From assembly GCF_038025025.1 (NCBI RefSeq), contig NW_027117340.1:1922001-1986000 (forward strand): a stretch of DNA of 64,000 bases. The letters run 5' to 3'. The translations under genes and the position numbers were made by a program. The notes under the pieces were generated by a model, which was not told where the DNA came from, made no database searches, and saw nothing but the letters and a program-made list of their open reading frames with translations. How positions within the stretch are numbered: position 1 is the stretch's first letter; each line of letters starts with the position of its first letter. Shown one piece after another: positions 47,401 through 59,879 of the stretch. Source of the DNA: Phyllosticta citribraziliensis (Eukaryota).

Positions 47401-49018
47401 TGGAGACGTTCTCCTGACAAATCACCCCGACTGCGGAGGCACTCATCTGCCTGACCTGACGGTCGTGACGCCGGTCTTCAACGACGGCCAGCTCATCTTC
47501 TACGTGGCCTCGCGAGGTCACCACACGGACATTGGTGGCATCGGCATTACAAGCATGATACCAGATTCGAAGTTCCTTTGGCAAGAAGGCCTCGCAATTA
47601 AGAGTCTCAAAATTGTCAGCGGCGGTGTGTTCAGCGAAGACATAGTGCGCAAAGCATTTGCAGACGTGGCCAACATGCCCGGATGTAGCGCGACGCGCCG
47701 AATCAACGACAACATTTCTGATCTCAAGGCTCAAATCGCGGCGAACCAGCGCGGCATCACGCTGCTCCAAAGGATGTGCGGTGAATTCGGTACTCCCAGC
47801 GTCCAGAAGTACATGTACGCCATCCAAGACAACGCTGAACTGGTAAGCAAATTCACCTATTCAAGGCTTGGTAGCAAAAGTTTTGGCACACAGAACCTCA
47901 AATTGGGGGCGGATAGGGAGCATTCAAGCTACCCTGCAGGAGGGTTCTCAGGAGCGTTCATTAGCTCCAACATGCGGGGGCTCATATCTGGGTGTGCCAG
48001 GGCTTTGGCGACCGAGCCCCGTTCGCAGCGTTCAAATGGCTGATCAAAGGTTCAACAGGCTGTCAGGAATCTGCTGAAGCGCGTCGCAGCCTCTCATGAA
48101 GGGAAGGCGCTGCAAGCAATTGACTTCTACGATGACGGGACGCCCGTCGCGCTCCGCGTCAGTATCGACGGCGACTCTGGCTCCGCCGTCTTCGACTTTA
48201 CCGGCACCGGTCCACAGACTCTGGGCAACATGAACTCGCCCATCTCGATCACCCATTCGGCCGTCATCTATAGCTTGCGCTGCATGATCGACCTCGACAT
48301 CCCACTCAACCAAGGCTGTCTGGCACCAATCGACATCCGCGTCCCCAAGGGCACAATCCTCAACCCTTCTTCCTCCGTCGCCGTGTGCGGCTCGACCATC
48401 GCCAGCCAACGCGTGACAGACGTGATCCTCCGCGCCTTCAGAGCTGCCGCCGCGTCGCAAGGCTGCGCCAACTCGTTCGGCTGGGGCATGGGCGGCAAGG
48501 ACCCAGAAACGGGTATCACGACGCCGGGCTGGAACTACGGCGAAGCGCTCGGCGGCGGCAGCGGTGCCGGCCCTGGCTGGCACGGCACGTCGGCCGTCCA
48601 GGTGCACTCGACAAACACGAAGACGACGGACCCCGAGGTCATCGAGAAGCGCACGCCCGTCTTGGTGCGCCGCTACGAAGTCCGCGAGGGCACGGGTGGA
48701 CGCGGCGCCTGGAATGGCGGTGACGGCGTCGTCAGGGACATCGAAGCCCGCGTGCCGCTCAAGTTCAGCATTTTGAGTGAGCGCCGCGTGTACAGTCCGT
48801 ATGGCATGAACGGGGGCCGTGATGGCAGCGTGGGAAAGAACTTTTGGATTCGTTCGAACGAGGATGGCGAGCCGGAGACGATCTCGCTCGGCGGAAAAGC
48901 GGTTCTGAATGCGCAGAAGGGCGATAGGGTCGTCATTTGCACGCCTGGTGGCGGTGGATGGGGCGCTCCTGAACGAGATGCACCAGACGGAGATGTCAGA
49001 CCGTTGCCGACGCAGTGA
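44469..49018 (+). CDS. 5-oxoprolinase / hydantoinase-oxoprolinase family enzyme (fused A+B type); about 10 introns
   Basis: Motifs [90 protein letters not shown] and TPGGGGWG. Orthology to canonical OXP1 is not established. Confidence 0.95.
47060..47140. mobile_element. Fold-back element, copy D, inside oxoprolinase intron 47045-47185
   Basis: Terminal repeat TGGGTGTCAA / TTGACACCCA, inner stems CGCCG/CGGCG and GGAAC/GTTCC, core GGCTGC-N6-GGAGCATTC. Confidence 0.6.
47865..48018. mobile_element. Fold-back element, copy E, inside oxoprolinase intron 47843-48058
   Basis: Left arm GGCTTGGTAGCAAAAGTTTTGGCACACAGA pairs with TCTGGGTGTGCCAGGGCTTTGGCGACCGAGCC. It shares its arm and the 18-mer GATAGGGAGCATTCAAGC with copy A in reverse orientation. 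Confidence 0.7.
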
Positions 49019-49360
49019 TGAGTGGAAAGGCTACGATTGTTTCAAACGAGCGCTGTAGTGGAATGGCACGCGCGTAGTCTTGTTAGCAGAAACGGAACCA
49101 GTCAAAACCTCTGAGATTTCTCTCAACCTCCTGACGGCAACATGCATCCGTTTTTGAATTTCAATGCCTACATGTGTAACGTGCCTTCAAGAAGTGCCCT
49201 CGGATGTTGGTATAGCCAGTGAGCAAACGGCAAGAGTAAGAGCAAAGGGATGGACATGGCAAAGTCTCCTCCGAATCCCGACACATCATCAGGGCATTGC
49301 ACCCCAATTTGCAGCAAGAACTCACCACCCCCTCAATTCTGCCACGAGCCCTCTCAGTGC

Positions 49361-52300
49361 TCACAGCACGCCGTATCTCGCCTCGTCCAAGCGCGTCGTC
49401 TCGCGCCAGCTGTCCTCCAACCAGTCGACCTTCACCACCCGCGGCACGCGCGCTCCAGGTGCCATAGTCTCAGAGATGCGACTGCGCAGCAGCTTTGCGC
49501 GCTGCTTGAGTGCTGTGTCGACTTTGGTGTTGTCCCCTGCGGCCTCAACCTCAGCGCCAACAACAATATGTGTCACAGCCTCTTCATCCAGCCTGCGTGC
49601 AACCTGTCCGCCAGCAAAGCGGACGGTATTCTCAGCAAGCGCAAGGCGAGTCGAAGTGGGGGCGCGCGACGGATCATTGTCAAAGAAGACGACGCAGCCG
49701 CGGAACATCCACCCAGGCAAGTCATTAAGTTCATCGCCGCCTTCGTCGTGCTCTTCCATAACCTGTTGCAGAAAGCGCTCAGCCGCGCTCTTGCCCTCGC
49801 CCGACGAGTGCTGCGCCGGCATGCGCTCAACCAGTTCGCGCAGCTCCGCCACACCGGAAAAGTCGCGCGTGAAGCTGTCACCAAAAGCGTCGACGGCGGT
49901 CGCGACCGTGTCAGGCGCGGCTGAGGGGCAGTCGGGCTTAGCGTGCAAGACGTGGATGGGCTCGAACGGCAGCAAGACGGGGCCTCGCGGAAGGTCGGCT
50001 TGAGCCTGCGCGACGCAGGATTGCAGCCAGGCTGGGCGGTATATGGAGTGCGTGTTTTTCTTGCGCAACGAAGCTACGGCGACCACGTTCTTGTCGGCGA
50101 TACAGATGATGGGCGGGGTTCCGGGAGCAGGAGGGGTAGAAGGATTCGCCGTTTGGATGATGGAGCCGCCGTTCGCTTTGACGAGGGCTTCCAGTTCCGC
50201 TTTGGTCTTCTTGGGCGGCGCTGTTTCTTGTCCGGTCATAATGTCTGCCGTATATATTGTCAGCCTGTTGTTGGTCAAGTCCCAAGAGGAATATTCGCAA
50301 CCTACAAAACGTCATGCCTTCAAACACTTTGGTCTGCAGCCCAGCATACGGCGTTGCCACCTCTCCATCTTGCCCAGCAACGACCATTTGCTTCTTTTTC
50401 CTGCGGCCGCCCCTTTTCCTTGTATCGTCGACCTTGAACTCCTTTTTTTCAGCATGTTCCTTTTCCACGTTGGCTTTGAGCTCCAGAAATTCCTGAATGG
50501 ACAGGGCCTGGTCCCACTTCTTGTCCTTGCGTAGTGCCTTGAATCGCGGAAACCTCAATGTGAAGCCCATACGGAACTGATCTGTACCTGTTATTGAGGC
50601 TGCCTTCACAGACACGACAACAGACTCGTCCGGTCTAATCCACACATCCGGTCGCTCATATTGCTTGTCGCCGCCACCGAGCTCAATGAATTCAGTCGGT
50701 GGTCGTTTAGGATCCCATTTCCGCCACTTGTCGCCCGTGTAGTGACGGATATTGGCATAATCATCTGAAGTCATGCCACCGCCCACCTTGAAAAACGAAT
50801 AACACTTCATGGGATTTGCGCCATGGCTGATTTGATGCTGGTCCACGCGCAGCCCACACATGAAACTAGACAGCTTGCCGCCCCGGTGTCCGGATCCGTA
50901 GTATCCACCGACGATGACGCAGTCGAGATCTTCGCCGAACTCGGTCATGTACTCCGGCTTGACCTTTATCCAGTCGTCGTTGCGCTCGTTCAAGCGGTAT
51001 GCAGATCGCGGATTCTTGAGGACGAGACCTTCTGAGGCGTCTGCCACCACTTGACGCAGCAATGGGTCGATTTCGGATGCGCTGCGAGCCTTAATGTGGG
51101 GATGAATTTCCAGACGACGATCGATGGACTTTACCGTCGACTCGAGCGCATTTCTGCGGTCGCGAAGCGTCCATTGAGTGAGCGGCTGATTGTTCATGTA
51201 AAGGCAATCGAACACCTTGAACAATGGCCTCCTGACGCCTCCGAACGGATTCTGTTGCTCTGACAAGGCCGCAGTCTTGAGCGTCCCGAAAGGCGCCATG
51301 GCATCCTGTTCCATGTCCCAGGTGATCATTTCTCCGTCAAGAATAATATTGTTGACGCGTTCATCGAATGCATCCTTCAAATGCCGGGTCAGAGCGCTCT
51401 TGTCATCTTCAAAACTGCTTCCGTATAGATAGGTGTATTCCTTGGCCTTGCGAGACCAAAATGCGAATCGCTTGCCACCAGGAACGCTTTCATCTTCCAT
51501 CATGTGCAGCTGCATGCGCTCGCCGTCCAGTTTTTCTTCAATCCAGAACTCATCGTCGTCTTCTTTTGGTTTCATCCTCTTGACCATTTGATCAAAAGAT
51601 CGCATTTGGAAGGCGGCCAATTGGGGCTGAAAGCATTGCATCAAGTTGACGCCTCTCTCCTCTCCATCAAGGCGGATCGAAGGGTCGTAAAGTTCCCAGC
51701 ACACTCTACGCAGGCTAGACGAGACGTTGAATAGACTCTCAGCATCTGGGTGCCAGCTGTTGAAAAGGGTCTTTTCCGTGGCTCCCACCTTCATCTGGCG
51801 GAGAATGATTCGGATGAGCCACATCATCTCCTCAGGATTCATGCGCTGGTAGAACTCGCGGAAGATGGGGAGTTGATCGTCTTCTTTGGACAGGACAGAG
51901 AGCTTGTCGAGCTTTGCATTCACCTCGGCAATGGTCATGTCGCCAGGTTTGGTCCGGATAGGCCTTTTCAACACGACTTCGTAGCATCGTCCAGCGAAGT
52001 CGCCGGCCATGGCTGCTGTAGCTTTGAGTCCAGGCAGCTTCCAGTTGAGCAAGTTGAATCCGTCTTCAGAATTCTTGTCAATGCGCAGTACACGAACCAA
52101 GAGCTTCCCAATGGCCTTTTCTTTGAGGCCGTACATGGCTCTGTCGCGATCTTTCTCTGGCACAATCAGGCGGAAGGCTGGATAAATGTCGTTGCCGACC
52201 TGCGTGCGCCATTTTGAGATGAAGCGATCGATGATGTTTGCTCGAACTTCATGCGGCGCCGGATTCGAGGGACCGTACGGCCTCTTCTTGAGAGCAGCGC

Positions 52301-52594
52301 TTCCAGGTTTTTTCTTGTTGTCATTCAGAGGGTTGAATAAGTTCAAGTAAAGCTCGTGGAATGGCAGCGTCTTGGAATGATTGTGGGGACGGTTTGGGTA
52401 TCTGGGTAGCTTTCAACACCCGTGGACTTGACCAATCTCCAAAGGCCTGAGAGTGCAAGGAGTGACCGCAATGTCGGGAATATGTTGGAAACCTACTTTT
52501 CATTCAACTCGGCTTCGGAGAGAGCACCGTGGCCATACATCATCTGTTCCTCGTCGGCAGCAGCCAAATCTTGCATTATGGCGTCGGCAGCCAT
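49361..52594 (-). CDS. LIG4: DNA ligase IV (non-homologous end joining); 3 exons
   Basis: Adenylation motif EEKLDGERMQLH, plus EGLVLKNP, WIKVKPEY, TLRFPRF and two C-terminal BRCT-like regions. Confidence 0.96.
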
Positions 52595-53014
52595 GGCGGT
52601 GTAATTTCGTGTTCAGCCAGCCTTGTCGCGTGGATGGGCGGGCTCCAGATGCAACAAAGAGGCGCGAGGTTGCCGGGCAAAGCCGCCAAGGGAGGGTGCG
52701 ACAGACACAAGGGACGATGAAGCTGTTGGCATGTTTTGGCGTTGACGTGTTTGGTCGGGGGAGAGAAGAGGGACGCCACTAGGTGCAGGCAGCAAACGCC
52801 TTCCTATCACGGCTGGCAAGGAACCAAGCGAGCGAGACGAGACGCGCCGACGCGTGCCTGGTCAGGCCGCCTCACCCAGGTCCCGCCCGCCGTCTCCACA
52901 GCATGCTCACCTCACCTCCGCTCCCGAATCCCCGCCGCCTCTTGCACTGCCCTCTCCGCCCGACTCCGCTCGACATGCTCCTTTCGCGCACCAGATTCCA
53001 GTTCCCATGCCTCC

Positions 53015-54934
53015 ATGACCGCCGGTCCTCCTCATGCCCGGATGCCTTCGGCTTCCGCAAACCACCCTGACGCCCCCGTCCCCCACAACACTCGCAATGC
53101 CGCTCTTGTTGGAGCATCGACCGCCTTTGCCAAACCGCCCGTTAAACCAAAGCCCGCCATCAACACTTACAGTGGGAACAATGGAGCCTTGGCTGCTGCG
53201 AGACAGACGGCCACTGCTACTCCGCAGCCGCTGCTGCCGCAGGGAACTGGAAACAGCACCTCTTCGCGGGCCTCCCACGCTTCTTTCTCCCTGAAAGCTG
53301 GCACTGCTGGGTCTTTGGGTGTCCCTTCAGTGCCAGGAGATCGATCGCGTTCCCCATCGATTGTTGCGGCTACTCGAGCAGCTGCGAAGCACACTCCTGT
53401 ACCAGACTCCTCGACCAACAAACGCAAGAGCTGGAACAACACTTCGAACGAGTCATTGCCTGGTTCTGGACATGTTGGGGACCTGCGTTCGAGGTTCGAT
53501 GGATCTTTCAGAATACCATCGCGGTCGCCCCCAAAGCACACAAGAATCTCTCGATCTCCGAGTCCCAAAACCGTGATTCAGCCCAAGCAGTCGACGACAT
53601 CCTTGGTCCAGCCGCTCCAAAAGCGAGATGTGGAAACTTCGTCCTCAGCGAAACCTCCCCCTCGGAAACCCAATCCCAAACCCAAGCCAATCCTGACGTC
53701 GCAAGGCCCGCCTCCGCCTGTCAAATCTCCAAAACCTCAGCGCAATTTCACTACTCCTTTGGCATATCCAGGCCTTCGGGAACCTGCACATGATGAGGTA
53801 CCGCTCTTCCCCAGAGCTGCTAGCGTAGGACAATCAGGATCATCTCCGGTCAGATCGAAGCCACCCCCGAGACCTGCACCGAAACCCGCCAAGTTCTCAG
53901 GCGAGTACAGGCGGGCCAGCGCGGCGTCTTCTTCGCAGGCTCCACTAAAAGTAGCATCGCCAGCTTCTTTGCGTGAAATTCCGGCCGAGGCCATTTCAGA
54001 CTCGGACGAGGATGCTCCATACCTTTCTGCTCCAGAGACTAGAGAGGAGACCAAGACAAAACCGATACTTCCTCCACCACGCCGCAGTAATTTGATAAAG
54101 CCTGCACCGCGGACGCAGAGTGTTGATTTCACCAAGGGAACTTCGACTCCGGCCGATGAGCGGGCATCTTTCCTGGCCAGGTCTGCGAACCACACCCCAC
54201 TTTCCGCAACCAACTCAAGGTTACAACCGACAAGCTCTGCGTACAAGCGAGAGTCTGCGAAAATGCTGGAGCCGCACTTCACGGGAGACTCGCTTGCCAA
54301 TGCCATAGTGGGTGCCTCTTTGGCTACTTCTAGGACGTCTACGCCTGCCACAGCACCTCCCCCGCCGGCTCCACGTCGTGGTGGGCACCAGAGCAAACAT
54401 CACTTAAAGTCTCGTTCGCGAAATCCGAGTCCTCAGAAACGACCTGGTCATCTTCTCCAAACGCTGCGCAAGGAGCCCTCTTCCAGTGATGACAGCGACT
54501 CTGGGCGGGATATGAAGCACAAAAAGAAACGTCACTTCCGGCCCAAGCACCCCAACAAGCACAAGGAGGGTTCGCGCAAGCGATGGCGCGAAAGGGTGAC
54601 GGAACGGGAGAGAAAAAGGTATGACGGAGTCTGGGCAGCGAATCGCGGCGAGTTTCTACCGCAGGAGTATCAAGACTGCGTCCACGGTTTTGTGGTCAAG
54701 GACATTTGGAGCAGAAGCCGGCTGCCTTCGCATGTGCTGGAAGTGATATGGGACTTGGTCGATCACCACGGCATCGGGGTGCTGTCCAAAGAGGAGTTTG
54801 TCGTTGGCTTGTGGGTCATTGACCAAGCGCTCAAGGGTAGAAAGGTTCCGGTGAACATTCAAGAGAGTGTCTGGGAAAGCGTTAGAGGATTGGGCGTGAA
54901 GGTGAGAAAAGTGCGCGGAGGTAATAGGCGGTAA
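53015..54934 (+). CDS. IRS4: Irs4/Tax4-like Pro/Ser-rich protein with a C-terminal EH domain
   Basis: Motifs SLANAIVGASLA, ERERKRYDGVWAANRG and VVKDIWSRSRLP..L..IWDLVD..LSKEEFVVGLWVIDQALKGRKVP. The start codon is uncertain (53015 or 53042). Confidence 0.8.
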   Translation: MTAGPPHARMPSASANHPDAPVPHNTRNAALVGASTAFAKPPVKPKPAINTYSGNNGALAAARQTATATPQPLLPQGTGNSTSSRASHASFSLKAGTAGSLGVPSVPGDRSRSPSIVAATRAAAKHTPVPDSSTNKRKSWNNTSNESLPGSGHVGDLRSRFDGSFRIPSRSPPKHTRISRSPSPKTVIQPKQSTTSLVQPLQKRDVETSSSAKPPPRKPNPKPKPILTSQGPPPPVKSPKPQRNFTTPLAYPGLREPAHDEVPLFPRAASVGQSGSSPVRSKPPPRPAPKPAKFSGEYRRASAASSSQAPLKVASPASLREIPAEAISDSDEDAPYLSAPETREETKTKPILPPPRRSNLIKPAPRTQSVDFTKGTSTPADERASFLARSANHTPLSATNSRLQPTSSAYKRESAKMLEPHFTGDSLANAIVGASLATSRTSTPATAPPPPAPRRGGHQSKHHLKSRSRNPSPQKRPGHLLQTLRKEPSSSDDSDSGRDMKHKKKRHFRPKHPNKHKEGSRKRWRERVTERERKRYDGVWAANRGEFLPQEYQDCVHGFVVKDIWSRSRLPSHVLEVIWDLVDHHGIGVLSKEEFVVGLWVIDQALKGRKVPVNIQESVWESVRGLGVKVRKVRGGNRR

Positions 54935-55742
54935 TCGTGCGAGACAGCGCCTTGCTTCTAGAGCGACACTCAGATGATCTCCTTTCTGGCTTAGCACAAT
55001 ACCCCAAATCAAGTTTGACAATTCGACAGTGGCCTACATGGCACTCGAAATGGCTCCCAACGACTTGTCATTACACCGTGAAAGATTGCGTCTATTCTTC
55101 CTCTGACTAGATGTAGATGGACACCCAGGGCCGATTGACCCCTTTCAGCCGCGTGCTACACGCAACGGCGCGTGGCTCGGAGCGATCCTAACTCTGGGCC
55201 CGGTCCCGAAACCAAGCCTACTTGGCACTGGTTTGCTCCTCGGGTACTCCCGACGACGTTCGAGGTTAACAAGCTTCCCGCCGGTCGACCCCGGGATCTT
55301 CGCTGGACCGCAACTGCCGAGACTTGACGGCGGACGACCACTTCGGATGTCAAAAGATGGAGCATGTCACTTCCTGGCCTTGCGCTTCGGCTTAGGGAGA
55401 AGTCGTTCTTCACCGCAGCTGCGTTCAGGGAGCAGTCGTTGAACACCGCCGCTGCGCCTGGGAACTGTCGTTTACTATTCTCGTTGCGCTCAGGGCGCTG
55501 CCATTCATTTCACGTCCACTGTACGGACACTGTTTGCAAAGCACCATTTCGACACAGGAACAACGATCGAAGGGTGAAAAATTGCAATTCTTGCGGCTAT
55601 TACAGAAACGCTATGAGATGCCACGCTAACTCCCCATTCAAGACTGCCTCTTTTCTGACCAGTAAACCTCTACTTGCGACGCCAATCCGTTGAGAAGAAG
55701 GAAAAAGAGAAGGGAAAGAAAAGCTTTTCCGAACAAGCGAAT

Positions 55743-56650
55743 TCAGCTGCTGAACTCCATCTCCTCCTGCGGCACGGCCATGTTCTTGTGCGAGATGATG
55801 GTGCTGGGGTGCCAGATGTTGAAGATGATGCAGGTGATGAACATCAGGAGGGCGTCAAAGACGTACAAGTACGCCTCGTGCATCTGGAGGGTACCATCTG
55901 AGCCCTGGATGTACTCGGCCAGACGGTAGATGGAACGCCACAGGATGAGCAAGCTGGCGACGTAGAGGATGACGAGGTAGCGCTCCCACGGGACGGAGAT
56001 GGTCTGGGAGCGGTTCGTGGGGTAGGCGCGGATGCGGTAGTGGAAGAGGCCAGACGCGACGACGAAGAAGCCGAAGAAGAGAATCTGGACAATCAGACCG
56101 CCGACAATGATGTGCTCGCCCAGCTCTTGGTCGTCCGCGCTGTTTGCCTTGGCCAGCATGCCACCGCCCGCCGACTGCATCAGGAACGACAGCACGTCGC
56201 CGGCCACGAAGATCTTGGTGACCCAGGTCGCCCGCACCACGCTATGGGCCTCGCCGTTGGTCAGCCGGATGATGCGGCCCAGGATCATGTAGATGGATGC
56301 AGCGAAGAAGGTGGGACCGATGAGGAGCAGAAGCGACTGGATGATGTACGCGTTGATGGACCAGTTGGGCGCTTTATCCTGGGAGTTCATGGCACGACCG
56401 ACGTAACCGACTGCTTCGACTGTGTGGGAAAGGCCAATTAGTCTTTGCAATGGGTGGAATACGGGGTTGGGAGCAACGTACAGAGTCCTCCAATGACGAA
56501 GGGGATGAAGTACCATGTCTTCTTCATGGTGAGTTGGATGACATGGGCGACGGAGCTGATACCGAAGCAGGCGATGAAGATGACCGCAGCCGCGAGGCTG
56601 GGCGAGTAGTTGTAGAGCGTGTATTCGACGGTACCAGAATCCGAAGCCAT
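55743..56650 (-). CDS. RTA1-like 7-TM lipid-translocating exporter; 2 exons
   Basis: Motifs LYNYSPSLAAA, EAVGYVGR, PTFFAASIYMILGRII, TKIFVAGDVLSFLMQ, RSIYRLAEY and HEAYLYVFDA. Confidence 0.93.
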
Positions 56651-59600
56651 CTTGATGGTCTTGCTTGGTTGGTGTCGAGGTTCAAGTCCAAGGTCTGTCG
56701 TGGTTTGTTGTCTGTGTAGAGAGGAGAACTGGAAAGAACAGCGGGCAAAGGTTTTGATTACTGCGGCGCTGGAAGTGACGAATGAGGAGGAGTGCCGAGG
56801 AGCTGTCTCGATGCGCCGAATGAAGGTGTGTTGTGTAGTGTGTGCCTGAGAAGCAAGTCACTGGGGAAAAGTCAAAAACATAAGTAGAAAGTTGGAGCCT
56901 GGAGGAGCATCAAGGCGTTCTGGTGGCTGTACATTTTTTGACCCTGTGTACCCACTTGTTTCGTTTATTCTTATCGTTTGCAAACGGTTCCTTCGTAAGG
57001 CGCAGCCGTCGGAGGGGTTTTTTTGGTGGTTGGAGCATTTGTCGTTTTCGTATCTGCCGATACGAAAATCATTCGTGCCTGAATCTGGCTAAAAGCCCGT
57101 GCAGGACCCACTCCTCCCGCGCTTCTTCCAAGGGCCTTGGCAACACGAGTACGATTATTCTTTGCCATCAAACATCCGCCGAATCTGATTGGACGCTTGC
57201 CTTCAACATGCGGACGGCAGGCGGCTCTGTCCGCCATTTGCGGCTAAAACCTTTTCTTGTCCCTGTCGAAAATCTTTCTTGGCCTTGACCACATCGATGA
57301 ACATTCGAATTCTCTTCTCAACAGTCAACCGTTGACAGGGAAAACGGCATTGAGCAGTTTCCTACCTAGCCATCATCGAGCAACGTCGATGCCTTCAACT
57401 CGCCGACATGTGGCACTTGCGAATCCCCAGCAAGAAAGGCGCAAGTTTCGCATCAGATGAAGGCAGGCTCTCTTTGTTGTTTGTCTGAAAGTCGGCAAGA
57501 GGATACCCACGGCGATCATACTCGGCTCGCATCCGTGTTCGTTCCTTCGGTTTCGGCTGTGTCTTCCAATTTTCCGGACCGCATTTTGCAAATATGCGGA
57601 GCATACATATGTGGCTGTCTAGAGCCCTGCATGTTACACGTGTTGCCTAGCTGTCCTACTGGCCCCTCATCCTGCGAAAACAACATCTGCTCCGCGCACA
57701 ACTCAGAATACGGGAAGAGCACAGCCTCGAATGGCTCGACGCGTCGGGACTCTGGTCTTCAGCGGCCCAGCCTCCCTCGGGCTTCCGATGTTCTTCGGTT
57801 TGCCGAACGGATGTCCGCATTTAAAACCGAGAGCAATCGCTGAATTCCTCCTGCTGTTCTGCTCCCACCCTTGAGTCGACGGGTCTGCCATTAACGTTTC
57901 CTGGACCAAATGTAGCAAACGGCAGAACGGCTTGGAAGATCGTCCATCTCCCTTCTGCGTCCCCACCAGGAGAGAGCATTAGCAGCAGTGCTTGCGTTGT
58001 TTGCGATTCGTTCAAGACGTCGTTGCACCGGAACTGATACTTCGGCTGCCATTCCAGACCAGAGAAGAACCACACATCGGATTTGAGGGTGGAGCTGCGT
58101 CAAGGAATCTTTCAATAGCTGCGTCACGGAAGAGATGGAAAACAAGACGTATCGTTGGGACATCCATGCGGAAAGATTGCGAAAACTCAGCCGGAGCGCT
58201 TGCTACGCTACCTGCGATGACGTTGGTGCGCAAGGCGGCCCGGAAAGAGATGACCACCGGCTCCGTTGCCGTCGTTATCAGGGCACCAGGCTGGATTTAC
58301 GCACTCTGGTGGTCCGGATTCGAATGAAAGACGATCTCTGAGCTATTCCCGGGAGCTCGAAAGCCCGAAAAATCGTAGTCACTTCAGGCTGCCGAGGCTG
58401 GAAGATTGCTGTTCTCAAGAACGTCATCAGCGTGGTGACTGGCATGGTCTATCGATGGAAAGACAACGTACAGCTAGTTGGTTTTGTGTGGGATGGCTAG
58501 CGCCGAACCGGACAAGCGGGCAGACGAATTGCGTCAATCCAGCTAGAAGCGACTCGGCGCATGCAGCAAGACGCTTCGAAGGCGATTTTGGCCTAACTGA
58601 CACCTCGATGTCTCGTACACTTTGCTGCCCTATTGGTGGTTCCGACAAGCGAGCTCTAATGCGCCTGACCTAGGAGCCGCGCTACTGTCTATTCCTCGGT
58701 TGATGCTCTCACGCCAAGGTCTCAAACGCACCCCAAGTGGCGAAGAGGAGAGTTGGAGGTACCTTCTCGATTGTCGATTGAGCCAGAATTCTAGAAGTAT
58801 CGGCAACCGCGGGATCGACCGAAGAAAGCTCCAACGGTCCAAGTCTTGTTCGCCGTCAAGCCTCGTCGGTATCTTGGCTACTCAGTCACCGACTTGGCTG
58901 GGCCCAGTAAAACACCACGATCCTCCAGACGGACTCCCTGAATCTTTTGCAAAGACTAGCTTTTATGCCTCGGTAAGATAGTGGACCTTGGTAACGCCAT
59001 CAAACGGTCTTGCCAATGTTTTTCTCTCTTCTGCGCGACCCACGTGGCCGTTGAGGCCTAGAGGTTCTCCGTTGTCGTCACTTGCCTGGAGTAGCCAGGG
59101 CCTTCCCATCGGCCTCGCGTGCAAACAACAGACTGCATCCATGGCGGCCGTAGCGGACGTAACCGAGGACCTGGAGCCTTGGGATCCGGGCATGACGGCC
59201 ATGCGCAATTCGAAGTTTCATGCCAGCGCTAGAACGATCCCGCTTTCCGGAACCCGGGGAAAGTGAGATCGTTGCCTGTGGCCTTGGAGATACTGACCAA
59301 GCGGAGGTGATAGATGATACCTCCTTTTACCACGGTGACATCCAGGGGATCTGCATCCCCCTCTGCAGATGAGTCCGGGGAGCTGTCGTCCAACACCACA
59401 GTTGCGCCTGAGACACTGTCGTTTACCACTGCTGTTAGACTGAGGGAGCATCAATTCTTTTGGCATCTACTGCGCTGAAGATCTGCGACGCGGAGTTGCC
59501 TACCTTCCGGTGCTAGACCAGAAGCACGTTAGTCTCCGACGCCCAAAGTTCCATGTTTCGCTGAGGCTCGAGTTATCCACGATACACCGGTCAGTCTTGG

Positions 59601-59879
59601 TCGCTTTGGTGCTAGCGCTCTTGGATACGCAGAGGTCCCGTATACTGAAGCGGAGGTATAGGCGATTTTTCGCCGACTGTTGCTTGAGCTTGTTGACGTC
59701 TAGGCCAGTTCCTGTTCCAAGGCAGCATCGTGAAGTAGGCCTCCGGATCCTGGAAACGCCCGAGAGGGTGTGGCAGTATACCTATATATCTGCTCTTGCT
59801 CTCCCTTATTTCCCTATCATCATCTCCACACACAACAAATCCAAACACACAGATCTTCCAAGCACACACAGATCTAGCA

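Noticed and set aside
52736..53014. In-frame upstream extension of the IRS4-like ORF
   Set aside because: It begins at a non-ATG codon inside the LIG4/IRS4 divergent promoter and has no protein-like features.
57100..59500. Short ORFs between RTA1 and the cutinase
   Set aside because: No recognisable domains or consistent splicing. A decayed gene cannot be excluded without BLASTX.
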